The notes beneath the pieces are model-generated. The model did not search any database. It was not told where the DNA came from and was given only the letters and a program-made list of their open reading frames with translations. Below are positions 17,093 to 27,049 of a stretch of DNA of 59,449 nucleotides, piece after piece. The DNA comes from a virus (Duplodnaviria > Caudoviricetes), in the IMG/VR virus record IMGVR_UViG_3300016265_001128, positions 1 to 59,449 of that record. One strand, 5' to 3'. The stretch's first letter is position 1, and each line of letters begins with the position of its first letter. Position numbers and translations under genes: made by a program.

Positions 17093-17528
17093 CAAGGAAA
17101 GAGCCGTGATCAAGGCGGCGCAAACAATTAGGCGGGCAGCTTACCTGTGCTCGCGTTGCCAATGCAGCGTCATAGCGAAACACCACATGCAGAAGCTTAT
17201 TGACGCCCTCGCAGCCCTCGACGCGGACAAGCCCGTACAGAAGGAGCCAGCAATGGAGACGCCTGAACAGCGCCGGGAACGGCTGGCGCGGATCATCGAC
17301 GGCAGTGCGTTCATCCAGCTTGAGTTAATGGGGCCGGGCCAGAATGACATCGTGTCGCGATGGAGTTTCAAGGAACGCATAAAGAGTGCATATGCCATAG
17401 CCGACGCCATCATCGCATCCGACGAGGCTGCGGGAATGGTGGTGGTGGTGCCGAAAAGCGAATGTGCCGATCTCGCAAGCTTGCGCGAGAGGCTTGATGT
17501 GTTGCTCGCCAAAATGGCGAAGGAGTGA
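17085..17528 (+). CDS. Hypothetical protein
   Basis: Coupled ORF with GAGGGG RBS. Confidence 0.6.
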   Translation: MTDKERAVIKAAQTIRRAAYLCSRCQCSVIAKHHMQKLIDALAALDADKPVQKEPAMETPEQRRERLARIIDGSAFIQLELMGPGQNDIVSRWSFKERIKSAYAIADAIIASDEAAGMVVVVPKSECADLASLRERLDVLLAKMAKE

Positions 17529-17531
17529 GCA

Positions 17532-17783
17532 ATGATCCAATGCTTGGTACACGACACCGAAGACAAAGAAATCCTGCGTTTCTGGGCGCGCCAAGTTCCG
17601 CGTGTCGGAGAGTTGCTTTGGCTGGCCGCAAACGAGGATCGGGAGCAGGCGAAGGCGGCCAACCGACCGGCGTCATATCGGGTGACCGAGGTCGCCCACT
17701 GGGTCGGCAGCAGCTGGTCTCCCAGCACCCATGCGGGAGATCCGATCCATTCGGTTTGTCTCTACGTCGAACCAGTGACCTGA
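17532..17783 (+). CDS. Hypothetical protein, last gene of the + arm
   Basis: AAGGAG RBS; VPRVGE motif; converges on the structural operon. Confidence 0.6.
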   Translation: MIQCLVHDTEDKEILRFWARQVPRVGELLWLAANEDREQAKAANRPASYRVTEVAHWVGSSWSPSTHAGDPIHSVCLYVEPVT

Positions 17784-17829
17784 ACCGGTCAATGAGGATC
17801 ACTATGGCAAAACCTACCGATATAGCCGA

Positions 17830-19785
17830 TCAATCAGGGCTGTTAAACACGTCTCCAGACAAAAGCCCGAGGCCGCCAGCCGTGCCAATATACCGGTTGG
17901 CCACGCCTCTGGCTTGTCGCTCAATCTCAGCTTGCCGTTCGCCAAGTTGACGAAGCGTCGTTGCGCCGACGCCGCTGTCAGGCGTCGGGATCTGTCGAAA
18001 CAGCAAAGATCCAATCTCGTCTCGAACCGATGGGGGTAAACCAGCCGCCCGCAGCAAGGCGTTGTTAATGCCGTTACGAACGCCTTGAGACGGTTGGCCC
18101 TGCAATACACCTTTGACGATCCCGTTCATGGCACTCGTATCAACGTCTTCAGCCTTGGCGATACGCCGCGCTGTGGCAGGACCTCCCAGCACGCCGCGAG
18201 TTTCGTTAAAGCGGTTTTCGGTTGCCATCTTTGAGGCAAACCGCTCGAAGTCTTCCGGATCCTTAAACAGGACCCCAAGACGATCCCGCATGCCTCGGCT
18301 GTTCCAGAATCGAGCGATTTCGTTACCTGAGTCGCGGGTGTCCCGCATCATTGACCGCAAAGCCTCGGCGGCGCCAGCACGGAAATAGTCCCGCTGAACA
18401 GCCGTCAGGTCTCCAAACGCTTCGCGCAGTTCACCAGGTTGCATCTTGTGGAAATCACGCCCAGCGATCAGCGAGTCAAGCTCCCCAGACGGCATGCCAA
18501 ACTTGCGACGAGCCTCCTTAAATGCTGGGTTCACGTCATCGACGACGCTCAACATTTCGTTCTTTAAGGCTCGCAACGAGCGGGCGCGGCTCGGCGACGC
18601 ATTCTCTATCATCTCGTCAAGGCCGCGCTTGACGTAGTCGAGGTGCATGGTGTCGAGGCCACGGATTTGGCTTAGGTTGCCAGTTTGGTCGTAGACGTAC
18701 TTGATGTCGAGAGGATTACCCTCGTCAGCCGCGTACCGCTTGGCCTTGCTAAGCGCTAACTTGACCGAAGGCCTTGACAAAACGTTCTGCAAGATGCCAA
18801 ACTGATCTGGGCTCATCTTTGCAGGATCCGTAATCTCGCCAAACGAATAGGCCTGCTGGTAAGCCGGCGTCGACTCAAGTTCACGGCGGGCCTTGATGTC
18901 TTTAATCTGGGCGTAGTAATCCTTGCCTGCCGTCTTCGTCAGGTCTGAGTCAATAGCCCGATCAACGCGGACGTCTTGCCCCTCATGCCGCGCTTCAAGC
19001 ATCTCCTTGGCAATCGTTCGAGACTTTCCAGGCGCGTTAGCCACGCTATCGGCTAAGGACAACGTGGCTTCCTTGCCAGCATCAGCGATTGACGCTTCGG
19101 GACCCATCTGCCTCAGCGTGGCTTTCAGCTCGTCGAGGCTAATTTCGTCTCGCTTAAGATCACGAAGAAGTCGCTCCAATGCCTCTTTCTTGGCGTTAGA
19201 TAATCCCAGGGCCGTAATGGCCGCGTCCCAAGTCTTGCCGCCAACCGCCAACAAAGCGCCAGCGCCGGCAGACAACGCCGCTCCGGCGGTTCCGCCTACT
19301 ACAGCCCCTTCAGCGCGTTCGTCTGGATCAGCCCCGCCAGCGCCGGCAATAGCCCCGCTGATACCTCCAGCAAGTGGAACCTTAGCTTTCAGCGGCATTG
19401 CCTCGAGGGCCTTCTGGATCGGCTTACCGATCTTAGGGATGGCTCCAATGATCTTAGGGCCAAGTTTTGCCGCGGCTACTCCTCCACCGACGCCGCCGAT
19501 AATATCAGTAGCAATAGCACTGGCGGGATTTTCATCCTGCCAAGCGTTAATCTTAGCCCCTTCTTCAGCGACAGCCTCGCCTAACGGCTGGTCGGATGTT
19601 GCTGACTTTCCAACGGCGACAGCCTCATCGAGCCAGTTGCCGGTGACAGACTGGCCCAGCTGCCGCAGCAAGCCTTCCAGATAGTCAGGCTTATCCTTGA
19701 CTGGCTTGCCAGACTTCTTCTCCTCTGACAGGATGCGAATGGCCTCTTCGAGCTGTTCGGAAGTCAACGAGCTAAGATCAGCCAT
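17830..19785 (-). CDS. Putative DNA-ejection (internal virion) protein
   Basis: Large helical protein with Gly/Ala-rich TM-like segments; last gene of a podovirus-type structural operon. Confidence 0.65.
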   Translation of the reverse strand: MADLSSLTSEQLEEAIRILSEEKKSGKPVKDKPDYLEGLLRQLGQSVTGNWLDEAVAVGKSATSDQPLGEAVAEEGAKINAWQDENPASAIATDIIGGVGGGVAAAKLGPKIIGAIPKIGKPIQKALEAMPLKAKVPLAGGISGAIAGAGGADPDERAEGAVVGGTAGAALSAGAGALLAVGGKTWDAAITALGLSNAKKEALERLLRDLKRDEISLDELKATLRQMGPEASIADAGKEATLSLADSVANAPGKSRTIAKEMLEARHEGQDVRVDRAIDSDLTKTAGKDYYAQIKDIKARRELESTPAYQQAYSFGEITDPAKMSPDQFGILQNVLSRPSVKLALSKAKRYAADEGNPLDIKYVYDQTGNLSQIRGLDTMHLDYVKRGLDEMIENASPSRARSLRALKNEMLSVVDDVNPAFKEARRKFGMPSGELDSLIAGRDFHKMQPGELREAFGDLTAVQRDYFRAGAAEALRSMMRDTRDSGNEIARFWNSRGMRDRLGVLFKDPEDFERFASKMATENRFNETRGVLGGPATARRIAKAEDVDTSAMNGIVKGVLQGQPSQGVRNGINNALLRAAGLPPSVRDEIGSLLFRQIPTPDSGVGATTLRQLGERQAEIERQARGVANRYIGTAGGLGLLSGDVFNSPD

Positions 19786-21290
19786 TACTTAGAACCTCCG
19801 GCTTCACGACGAGCCTTCTCTTCCTGGAGCCGCTTAAGCAAGGCGGCAGGGTCTTCAGGAACTGGCGCTGCAGCTGGCGTCTTTACCCCAAAGAACTCTT
19901 TGTAGCTCTTGCGGTCTGGGTTTAGTTCAATTTTATCCGGCGCTTTAGGGTTAAAGATTGGGTTAGACGACAGGTACTTCTTCCAAGCCCGATCCCAGCC
20001 CAGCAGGTGACCGTTGACGGCACCGTAATCCCGCTTAAACTCCTCACGGTCAATAGCGTTCTGTGCTGCCTGCAGCCGAGCCCTGGCAGCCATTTCGTTG
20101 ACCTCTGGGGCATTCTTAGCCGACAAGGTCGCCTTGATGAACTGCTTAGCGTCGAAGTCAGAGGTAGCCCCTTCTCCAGGCTGACGCTCTTTGCGAGACA
20201 GCTCAGCCGTAATCTGCTCCATTCGCTGCAGCTTCTTGTTAAACATGGCCGCGCCCGCTTGAGCCGTATCGCCAAGCACGCCTGGCGCACGGAAGACCCC
20301 GCCAGTAGAGACTTCTTTGTTGAGTTCGGTAAACTCCTTGATTAGATCAATGGCTTGCTGATGCGTGGCCATCGCAGCCTCAGAACCTGAGAACTCCTTG
20401 TCCATCGCCTGCTTGTATTTCGACGACAGGGCTTCAGCCCCCTTGGGCGTCATGCCCTTAAAGGGGTTGATATCACTTATTGGAACGCCAAGAGCCTCAG
20501 CTAGCTTGGCATCGGGCTCGTAAACAAACTGGTCGTTCTGGCCTTTCAGCAGGAGCTTGTTCAGAGCTTCGGTAAATTCCGGTGTTCCCCGCTTATGACC
20601 CATGGCGATGACATTCTTGATGGCATCCGTATCTTTGCCCTCGGCGGCATCAGCCCTCATCTTGGCAATAGCCATGGCCACGCGCATCTTCTGCTGCTCG
20701 ATTGAGAGCTTGCTTTCAACGGGAGCCACGACTCGACCGGTGGTGGCATCGACGGCCCCGACGCCTGGAACGGAAATAATGTTTCTACCGACCGCCGCGG
20801 CCTTAATCAGCGCCAAGCCAGTCGAGACGTCTTCTTGGTTTTGTCCGTAGCCAAGCTTGGAAGCTTCAAACTTAGCCTTGGCTCCCTCCAAGTTTTCGCG
20901 ACGCACCATCTCCTGGTTACGGGCTAAAGCCGGCACCAGGGCCGTTCCGGCGTTGCCGAGACTTTCAAAGAAACTGCCGGTAACTGTGGGCTTCAGCATT
21001 GCCGAAGCCCAAGCCAAGATTGGGATGCCAGAATTGCTAGACCTCTGCTGGTATGCCGCAGTCATCTGGTCAGCGGCTTCTTGAAGCTTAGCCCTGGCAG
21101 CACCCTTGTCTCGCAGGCCGGAAAGTAGCTGCGATCCGCCAAGGCTAGTCAAGGCCCCGCGCATCGGAGCTGACAGACCCGCGGAATTTGATCCTGCTGA
21201 CCGTAGAGAGTCGTCAGAGAGCGTCGACAAACCTCCCGACGCTTCCGGGCTCTCGACGTCGTCTTCAAGCAGAAGATCTTCTGGATCCAT
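19785..21290 (-). CDS. Putative ejection protein
   Basis: Helical/coiled-coil; G..SDFD motif; position in operon. Confidence 0.6.
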   Translation of the reverse strand: MDPEDLLLEDDVESPEASGGLSTLSDDSLRSAGSNSAGLSAPMRGALTSLGGSQLLSGLRDKGAARAKLQEAADQMTAAYQQRSSNSGIPILAWASAMLKPTVTGSFFESLGNAGTALVPALARNQEMVRRENLEGAKAKFEASKLGYGQNQEDVSTGLALIKAAAVGRNIISVPGVGAVDATTGRVVAPVESKLSIEQQKMRVAMAIAKMRADAAEGKDTDAIKNVIAMGHKRGTPEFTEALNKLLLKGQNDQFVYEPDAKLAEALGVPISDINPFKGMTPKGAEALSSKYKQAMDKEFSGSEAAMATHQQAIDLIKEFTELNKEVSTGGVFRAPGVLGDTAQAGAAMFNKKLQRMEQITAELSRKERQPGEGATSDFDAKQFIKATLSAKNAPEVNEMAARARLQAAQNAIDREEFKRDYGAVNGHLLGWDRAWKKYLSSNPIFNPKAPDKIELNPDRKSYKEFFGVKTPAAAPVPEDPAALLKRLQEEKARREAGGSK

Positions 21291-21293
21291 GTT

Positions 21294-22178
21294 TTAGACC
21301 TTGCTTAAACCGTAGGCCGTGCCGACGGCGCCAGCCAGCTGCGCCAACGGAGAGGCTCCCATCGAAGTTGCCGGGGCGTTGGTGTTCGTCGACTGCTGCG
21401 TCGGCGGATTGAAGCCGCGGATCATCTGGTTGAGGAACTGCGCCTGCTGCTGCGGGTAGTTACGCTGTTCCAAGAAATCCTGATAGGCGACGTCTGCCGA
21501 CTTCTGACCCTGTTGCTGCTGCGTGTCGCCGACCGCCTGAAGGGCTGCGGCATCTCGCAAGCCAGCCTGTTGCGTTAATTGGCCGAGCGCCCCTAGCTGC
21601 TGACCAGCGTTGATTTTCTGCGTCTGCCCCGTCTGAAAGGCGTTCATCGCAGAGTTGTAGCCGGTGTTGAGCGCCTGCGTTTGGGCGTTCAGAATAGCTT
21701 CGTTGGTGTCGCGAAGAGCACGGCTAGTGAAGTCGCCCCAACGAGAACCACCAAACGTGCCAGAGCCGGTGAACGTGCTGTTGACCTGGGGCAGAAGCTT
21801 CTCGCTAAGGTTGCGAGCCCCCAAGGTGGCGATCTGATCAACGACGCCGGACGTATGCGGGTTAAGGTACCGCTCGAATTCATTCTGATTAAACCCGCCA
21901 GCTCCAGCCGACAAGGCCCCACCCGCTTGATCGGTGTACGGCTGATAAGAGCCTTGGTTGTTGCGAACGGCGTCAAAGGCCGCATTTTGGTCGGCATTGA
22001 GCGGCGCAACGCGTGGTTGCGTGTACGGCTGAAAAGGCTCAGCGGCAATGGCGTTGGACTTGCCAAGCAGTCCTCGCAGATACTCCTGATACCAATCAGG
22101 CATGCTCGTCTGGCTGACGGTCGCAGAGTTAACGTTTTGCGGAGGGCTTCCCTCAAACAGGAAATCCAGGACAGCCAT
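21294..22178 (-). CDS. Putative ejection protein (Gln/Ala-rich)
   Basis: PDW, Y..PRVAP, YLNP, GTFGGSR and hydrophobic C-terminus typical of podovirus DNA-transfer proteins. Confidence 0.7.
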   Translation of the reverse strand: MAVLDFLFEGSPPQNVNSATVSQTSMPDWYQEYLRGLLGKSNAIAAEPFQPYTQPRVAPLNADQNAAFDAVRNNQGSYQPYTDQAGGALSAGAGGFNQNEFERYLNPHTSGVVDQIATLGARNLSEKLLPQVNSTFTGSGTFGGSRWGDFTSRALRDTNEAILNAQTQALNTGYNSAMNAFQTGQTQKINAGQQLGALGQLTQQAGLRDAAALQAVGDTQQQQGQKSADVAYQDFLEQRNYPQQQAQFLNQMIRGFNPPTQQSTNTNAPATSMGASPLAQLAGAVGTAYGLSKV

Positions 22179-22181
22179 TGC

Positions 22182-23612
22182 TTATGCTCCAGCCAGATAG
22201 GCAAGCGGGGATCGAGCCTTAGGAGGATATTTCCCATGGCCCGTCTTCTGTTGACGAATTTGGTTTAAGGCCTCGTCTAAACGCTTAGCCCCAGACTCGC
22301 TAGAACCATCGCCAAGGTGAGCCACGACATCTGCCGGGATAACGTACTCCCCGACAGACAGCCTCGCTGGCACGGTGTCATCTTGGCCTCCCGCTGGTGC
22401 AGCGACTTGAGCCAAGCCGCCACGCTTCATGGCTTGCGGGGCTCGCGGATCAATAAACGTAAATGATGGACCCTGGCCATATCTGTAGATGTCGCCCGAA
22501 TAATCGTAGCGCTGGCGAGCCTGCGGGTTTGACGAGTTGACGTACTGATACGACGGCAACGGCGATCTGAATAGCGGGTCGGCTTGAGGCTGCACCGCCG
22601 ACTGAGGCTTCTTTTTACCGGCCCTTGAGGCCAATGCCGTGATTAGACCGAGAGCCCCCACCGTTTGCAGCGGGTTGCGCGTGATCGTTCCGCCGATGCT
22701 TTCGCGAAGACCACCGAGGTCGGAAATTCTTTCTAGGAAAGGCCGGTTGTCTTCACCAACCCCAAGAGGAAATTGCATAGCCGTGTTAGACGTAGGCCCA
22801 GGCGAGTTGACGCTAAACCGCATGGGTCCAGTGGCAGGTTGGTCGAATCCGCCAAATTGAGGAGGTGCGGCTGATGCCGGAGGCCCGTACATTTGATCCT
22901 GGTAACCTGCAACCAGCGCATCTGGCGCATCGTAGCCAGAAGCGTCAAATATTGCGTCGTCATACGGATCAGCGCCATAGGTCAAGTTGCCCATAGGCGT
23001 CGTCGAGCCGCTAGGTGCCATTGCCAACGAGGACAACGTGCCAGTTGGCGTAGAGACCGACGCTTCTCCAGTATTGACAACGGTTTCAGGACTTGGGCCT
23101 TCAGAAGCAGCCCCTTTAATCCCGGCCGACAAGCTGCCCGTCATCGCGCCAGATAAGGCAGCCTCCAGCGGATCTTGACCTGTGACCGCCGTTCGGCCGA
23201 GGCTCGACAAGCCACCGACCAAGGCGCCGTTACCGATCGGGCCTAGGTTGATGCCCATTTCTGGCAGAGCCGCGCCAATGCCAGCTCCAAGGCCTCCAGA
23301 CAAGGCCCCGCCAAGGACACCTTTGCCAATGCTGCCGCCAGTCAGACTAGAGCCAAGACCACTCAGGCTGCCGCCAAGAATTGCTGAGCCAAGGATCGAA
23401 GCGCCGGTACCAGAGGCTCCAAGGGCGGTACCAATTGCTGTACCAAGGCCAGGGGCAAGAACCGATAGCGCAATCGGGGCCGCCATGGATGCGATAGACG
23501 CCACGCCACCACTTTTCTTCCCCTTGAACCGGTGGCCTAGGGAAGTTGACAGTTGCGGTCTATAGGCGTGCGTGGTGTGGCGGCGCTCGTGCGCTAGTAC
23601 GCTATGGATCAA
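22182..23612 (-). CDS. Putative ejection protein with Gly-zipper hydrophobic N-terminal domain
   Basis: TTG start with GGAGG RBS directly after the acyltransferase stop; FKGKKSGG; long GxxxG segments; C-terminal GGQDD.VPARLS.GEYVIPADVV. Confidence 0.7.
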   Translation of the reverse strand: MIHSVLAHERRHTTHAYRPQLSTSLGHRFKGKKSGGVASIASMAAPIALSVLAPGLGTAIGTALGASGTGASILGSAILGGSLSGLGSSLTGGSIGKGVLGGALSGGLGAGIGAALPEMGINLGPIGNGALVGGLSSLGRTAVTGQDPLEAALSGAMTGSLSAGIKGAASEGPSPETVVNTGEASVSTPTGTLSSLAMAPSGSTTPMGNLTYGADPYDDAIFDASGYDAPDALVAGYQDQMYGPPASAAPPQFGGFDQPATGPMRFSVNSPGPTSNTAMQFPLGVGEDNRPFLERISDLGGLRESIGGTITRNPLQTVGALGLITALASRAGKKKPQSAVQPQADPLFRSPLPSYQYVNSSNPQARQRYDYSGDIYRYGQGPSFTFIDPRAPQAMKRGGLAQVAAPAGGQDDTVPARLSVGEYVIPADVVAHLGDGSSESGAKRLDEALNQIRQQKTGHGKYPPKARSPLAYLAGA

Positions 23613-24062
23613 CTATTCCTCCGACGCGCGCGTGGGTCGTATGCTTAAGCGGACGTAACGTTCGCCCTTCTCGCGGTAAAAGTAGACTTGGCGGAAGCCT
23701 TGGTTGGCTAGGGCACCAGCTACGTGCTTTGCGATTTCCGCGCCATGGCCAAACGGCGCGATCAGGTCGACTAGCCACGCCTCTTTTCCAGAGACCCAGT
23801 CGGTAGGGCTCCACTGCTTGGAGCCATCGAGAATACCCTCGCTCGTCTCTGGCGTTGTAAAAGCAATCGAGACAAAGCCAACAAGGTCATCCTCGATATA
23901 GTACGTATACCCCTGTCGCCATGCAAGAGGCGGAACGATCAGGTTCTTAAAGTCTGTCTCATCGTAATCCTGATGGGACTTTGATTGCGAGACTAACTTG
24001 GTAACAACCTCTAGCTCGTATATCGAGCAAACTTGGGGGCGTAAACCTATCTTGGTTGTCAT
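23613..24062 (-). CDS. RTX-toxin-activating lysine acyltransferase (HlyC/TAAT family)
   Basis: S27-x-x-H30, IVPP...Q, VGF...A and DW.SG..AWLVD99LIAPFGH match the HlyC/ApxC family. Confidence 0.85.
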   Translation of the reverse strand: MTTKIGLRPQVCSIYELEVVTKLVSQSKSHQDYDETDFKNLIVPPLAWRQGYTYYIEDDLVGFVSIAFTTPETSEGILDGSKQWSPTDWVSGKEAWLVDLIAPFGHGAEIAKHVAGALANQGFRQVYFYREKGERYVRLSIRPTRASEE

Positions 24063-24089
24063 TATACGCCAAGTCCTTTCAGTTGGAAA

Positions 24090-24317
24090 CTAAATTACAA
24101 ACGTTTCCTTCACTCGAGCGGCCCAGTCCTGCCAATCATCAAACATCGTAGGTTGCGGAACCCCGGAATACCCCGACTGTTCGTAAACCCTGGCGGCCCA
24201 ATCTTGCCACGGTTCAAACGGAGCTGGTAGAAACAAGCCAGCCGCTTCAACCAGGCGAGTTCCCCAAGTCTGAAAATCAGTTGCGTACGGATCAAGAATG
24301 ACAGCGGTATTGCTCAT
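24090..24317 (-). CDS. Small Trp-rich virion-module protein
   Basis: WQDWA twice; coupled to upstream gene. Confidence 0.7.
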   Translation of the reverse strand: MSNTAVILDPYATDFQTWGTRLVEAAGLFLPAPFEPWQDWAARVYEQSGYSGVPQPTMFDDWQDWAARVKETFVI

Positions 24318-25837
24318 TGGCGCGCAGATCCGATTGACAGGTGAAGAAGCGGTTGACCCATTTGGTAGTTGCCGCCGGCCACATTGCTCTCAAACTTAAT
24401 ACGCATCTGGCGGCGCTGCTGGTTGATGTCAAACTTCTCTGTAGTGGGATCGAAGTAGTAGACTGTTTCCTGAGTTTCAGTCGACTGCGCATACTTCTTA
24501 CCAAGGATGGTAGCCGTCATTTGACCAGTTTGGACAAAGTCAGGCTCAATGCGATCAATGCGAGTCCAGCGGTCAACACCAATCCAGCTTTCGCCAGGAC
24601 CTGAAGCACACCAAGAAAGATCGCATGTCGTAAAGTACGATTGAATGGCCTGGGCTTGGTTCTCTATCACCTGATCCACGCCAGTCTCGTGGACCCAGAG
24701 ACGGTACGTATCGGCTGCCGTCGGGTCAACGCCAAACCATAGCGGGTTCCTGAAAACTTGCGAGAAGTAACCGCAAGACCTAGCGATCGATGTGTCATAC
24801 CACGTGCTTTCGCGAACGTTGTAGATGACGGCTCTACCGCACTCGGCTTGGTTCATTGTCGGATAGAACCACCAGATTTCGCCATACCTGGGAACCTTGG
24901 TGCCCCAGACTTTTTGGCGCTGCGAGAAATTCAGATTGTCGAAGAACCAATTAAGGTTCATCTGGTTTGGAACTTCCCTAACAACCCCGTTATACACCAA
25001 GAACCTGTCAACGGCTGGCCAGAAGAACAAACCGTCATACTCAATCACCGCCGACGAGGACAGGATTGACATTTCGCGAGCGACAGTGTCAACGTTGAAA
25101 ACTGAGTCGCCTCCGGTGTAACTTACGCGTAGCAAACAATCCAGCGACCAAAAGAGACCAGAAGGTGCTGTCGTGCCACCTGCTCGGCTATGCGCCCCGT
25201 AGACAATCTTTTCAGCCGTAACTCGAGCAGAACCGGCATCGCCGGTTGCAAAGTTTGTTGGCTCGTTGACGTTGCTCCAAGCAAGGTACCCATCGTTACC
25301 ATAGACAAAAAGATACTGACCAAGCACACAGGCTCCGCCGCTAACGCTTTGACCTGTCGATGTTAGTGCCGCAGTACCGTAGATATCTCCGTAATACACC
25401 GGGGTGTCAACGTCAGACGCAATGCTCGCAAGGTTTTGACCAGCGTGCGCGATAAGCACTGAGCCACTACCGCCGGCGTCGAACATTGAGTCGAATTGCC
25501 AAACGTTGAGGTCACTAGTGGCAAATCCTGAAGGTGTCCGGTCGATTAGGCCAGAGACAGAACCGTCTGGAAAGATCGTCAGCTTCTCAAGCACTTCAGC
25601 CGAGCCGGCGTACACGTCGATGGCGTCGTTGGCCGAGCTGACAAAACACCCGCGCACTGGGCCGGCTAGGGCATCAGTGATCTGTTGGTAACCGCCCATC
25701 TTACGAGGAAGACCTCGCTGAAAACGACACCATTGCCCGTCTAGATAGAAATTGCCCTCAAACTCCGTGCCATCCCGCTTAATACCGGGTTTGGTCGTGA
25801 TCGGAAAAACGTCTTGTTTAGGAGGCTGTGGAGGCAT
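24314..25837 (-). CDS. Putative tail nozzle / DNA-stabilization protein (P22 gp10-like position)
   Basis: Beta-rich; RF..G.P.KMGG, WS, EIWWFYP and YN...W motifs. Confidence 0.65.
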   Translation of the reverse strand: MPPQPPKQDVFPITTKPGIKRDGTEFEGNFYLDGQWCRFQRGLPRKMGGYQQITDALAGPVRGCFVSSANDAIDVYAGSAEVLEKLTIFPDGSVSGLIDRTPSGFATSDLNVWQFDSMFDAGGSGSVLIAHAGQNLASIASDVDTPVYYGDIYGTAALTSTGQSVSGGACVLGQYLFVYGNDGYLAWSNVNEPTNFATGDAGSARVTAEKIVYGAHSRAGGTTAPSGLFWSLDCLLRVSYTGGDSVFNVDTVAREMSILSSSAVIEYDGLFFWPAVDRFLVYNGVVREVPNQMNLNWFFDNLNFSQRQKVWGTKVPRYGEIWWFYPTMNQAECGRAVIYNVRESTWYDTSIARSCGYFSQVFRNPLWFGVDPTAADTYRLWVHETGVDQVIENQAQAIQSYFTTCDLSWCASGPGESWIGVDRWTRIDRIEPDFVQTGQMTATILGKKYAQSTETQETVYYFDPTTEKFDINQQRRQMRIKFESNVAGGNYQMGQPLLHLSIGSARQ

Positions 25838-27045
25838 CAGGTCACCCAAAACGGCATCAAGCAGCCAGACGAAACGTTAACCGAAGTCAACCGACCCTGA
25901 GCGTCGACAACAAAACCAAGCTCGCCGTAGGTGCCAGGAGTCACAGCCGTATTAGCAAGGCTGATAGTGCCTGAGCCTGTGATTGGGCCGCCAGTCAAAC
26001 CTGTGCCAGTTGCCACAGACGTGACGGTACCACCGCCACCTTCGTCTGGGTCAATAATGTCGGTACCGTCGCAGGCGACCATCTCCCAGGTGCCTTGAGC
26101 AATCTCAAGTCCCGTCCCAGCAGACGTCTTGACAGTCAACGTATAGGCCCCGGTCGTATTGTTGTAGATCCAATAGACGGCAGCATTCGTTGGCTCAATA
26201 ACATTAATGTTACCGGTCAAGGTGCCCGTAAACTCTTGAAGCTGGTTAGCTGCTTGGGCAGAGGTTAGGGTAACATCAGTGTTACCGGCAACTGACAACG
26301 TGAGCTTAGACACCGTCACCGTCGGAGATTGCCCAAGGCCAAGCGTGTAGAACGAGGTGCCGCCGCAGATGATGAAACAGGCGTCGCCCGGGTTCATTGT
26401 CAACGAAGACTCTCCGTCGATCGTCCCTTGCGGATCAACAGTAAGAGCCCCAGAACCAGAATTGCTGACGCCGATAAACCAGTTGTTGCCTAGCGTGGCC
26501 GCGGCCGTAAGGGTCAAGGTTCCCACGCCGGCCGTCCAAGCAATCAGGTTAGCCCTGTCGTTGACATTTGCGGTATACGCGCTGTTTTTGGTAACAACGC
26601 TAAAGCTTTGGTTCAGTAAGCCCGCAGCCGCAACCAAACCAGCTCCTGCCAAGCTAGCGGCGTCAACGTAGCTAGCCCCAACTCCAAACTGTAAGGTTCC
26701 CCAAGTGCCAGCTGCCGTTGAATTAGTCTTGATGTACGTATAATAGGCTTGGCCGGCACCGACAGTGCAGATGGTGCCGCCAGCGTTGTCGAGGACGCTG
26801 AAGGAGTATGCCCCCAGGTTCCTCCAAATCGTATCGTAGCCAACTCCAACGTTACGAGCATCGTCTAACGTGATCGTATAGCCGCCCGCAGACGGTGTGA
26901 CGTCCATGATGCGAGCAACAACGTCGTCCGTGTCGACATATTCTTGTGGCCACAGCAGGTCAATACTGGCAGTTAACGCGATGCCTCGGTAAGCAACTTC
27001 CGAAGCAACGACTGGAGAACCGCTAAAGACGTCTGTATACGGCAT
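25837..27045 (-). CDS. Putative tail fiber / tail structural protein
   Basis: Thr/Gly-rich beta repeats; GTVTSV.TGTGLTGGPIT.SGTISLA and DAQGRLTS. Confidence 0.6.
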   Translation of the reverse strand: MPYTDVFSGSPVVASEVAYRGIALTASIDLLWPQEYVDTDDVVARIMDVTPSAGGYTITLDDARNVGVGYDTIWRNLGAYSFSVLDNAGGTICTVGAGQAYYTYIKTNSTAAGTWGTLQFGVGASYVDAASLAGAGLVAAAGLLNQSFSVVTKNSAYTANVNDRANLIAWTAGVGTLTLTAAATLGNNWFIGVSNSGSGALTVDPQGTIDGESSLTMNPGDACFIICGGTSFYTLGLGQSPTVTVSKLTLSVAGNTDVTLTSAQAANQLQEFTGTLTGNINVIEPTNAAVYWIYNNTTGAYTLTVKTSAGTGLEIAQGTWEMVACDGTDIIDPDEGGGGTVTSVATGTGLTGGPITGSGTISLANTAVTPGTYGELGFVVDAQGRLTSVNVSSGCLMPFWVT

Positions 27046-27049
27046 GGCC

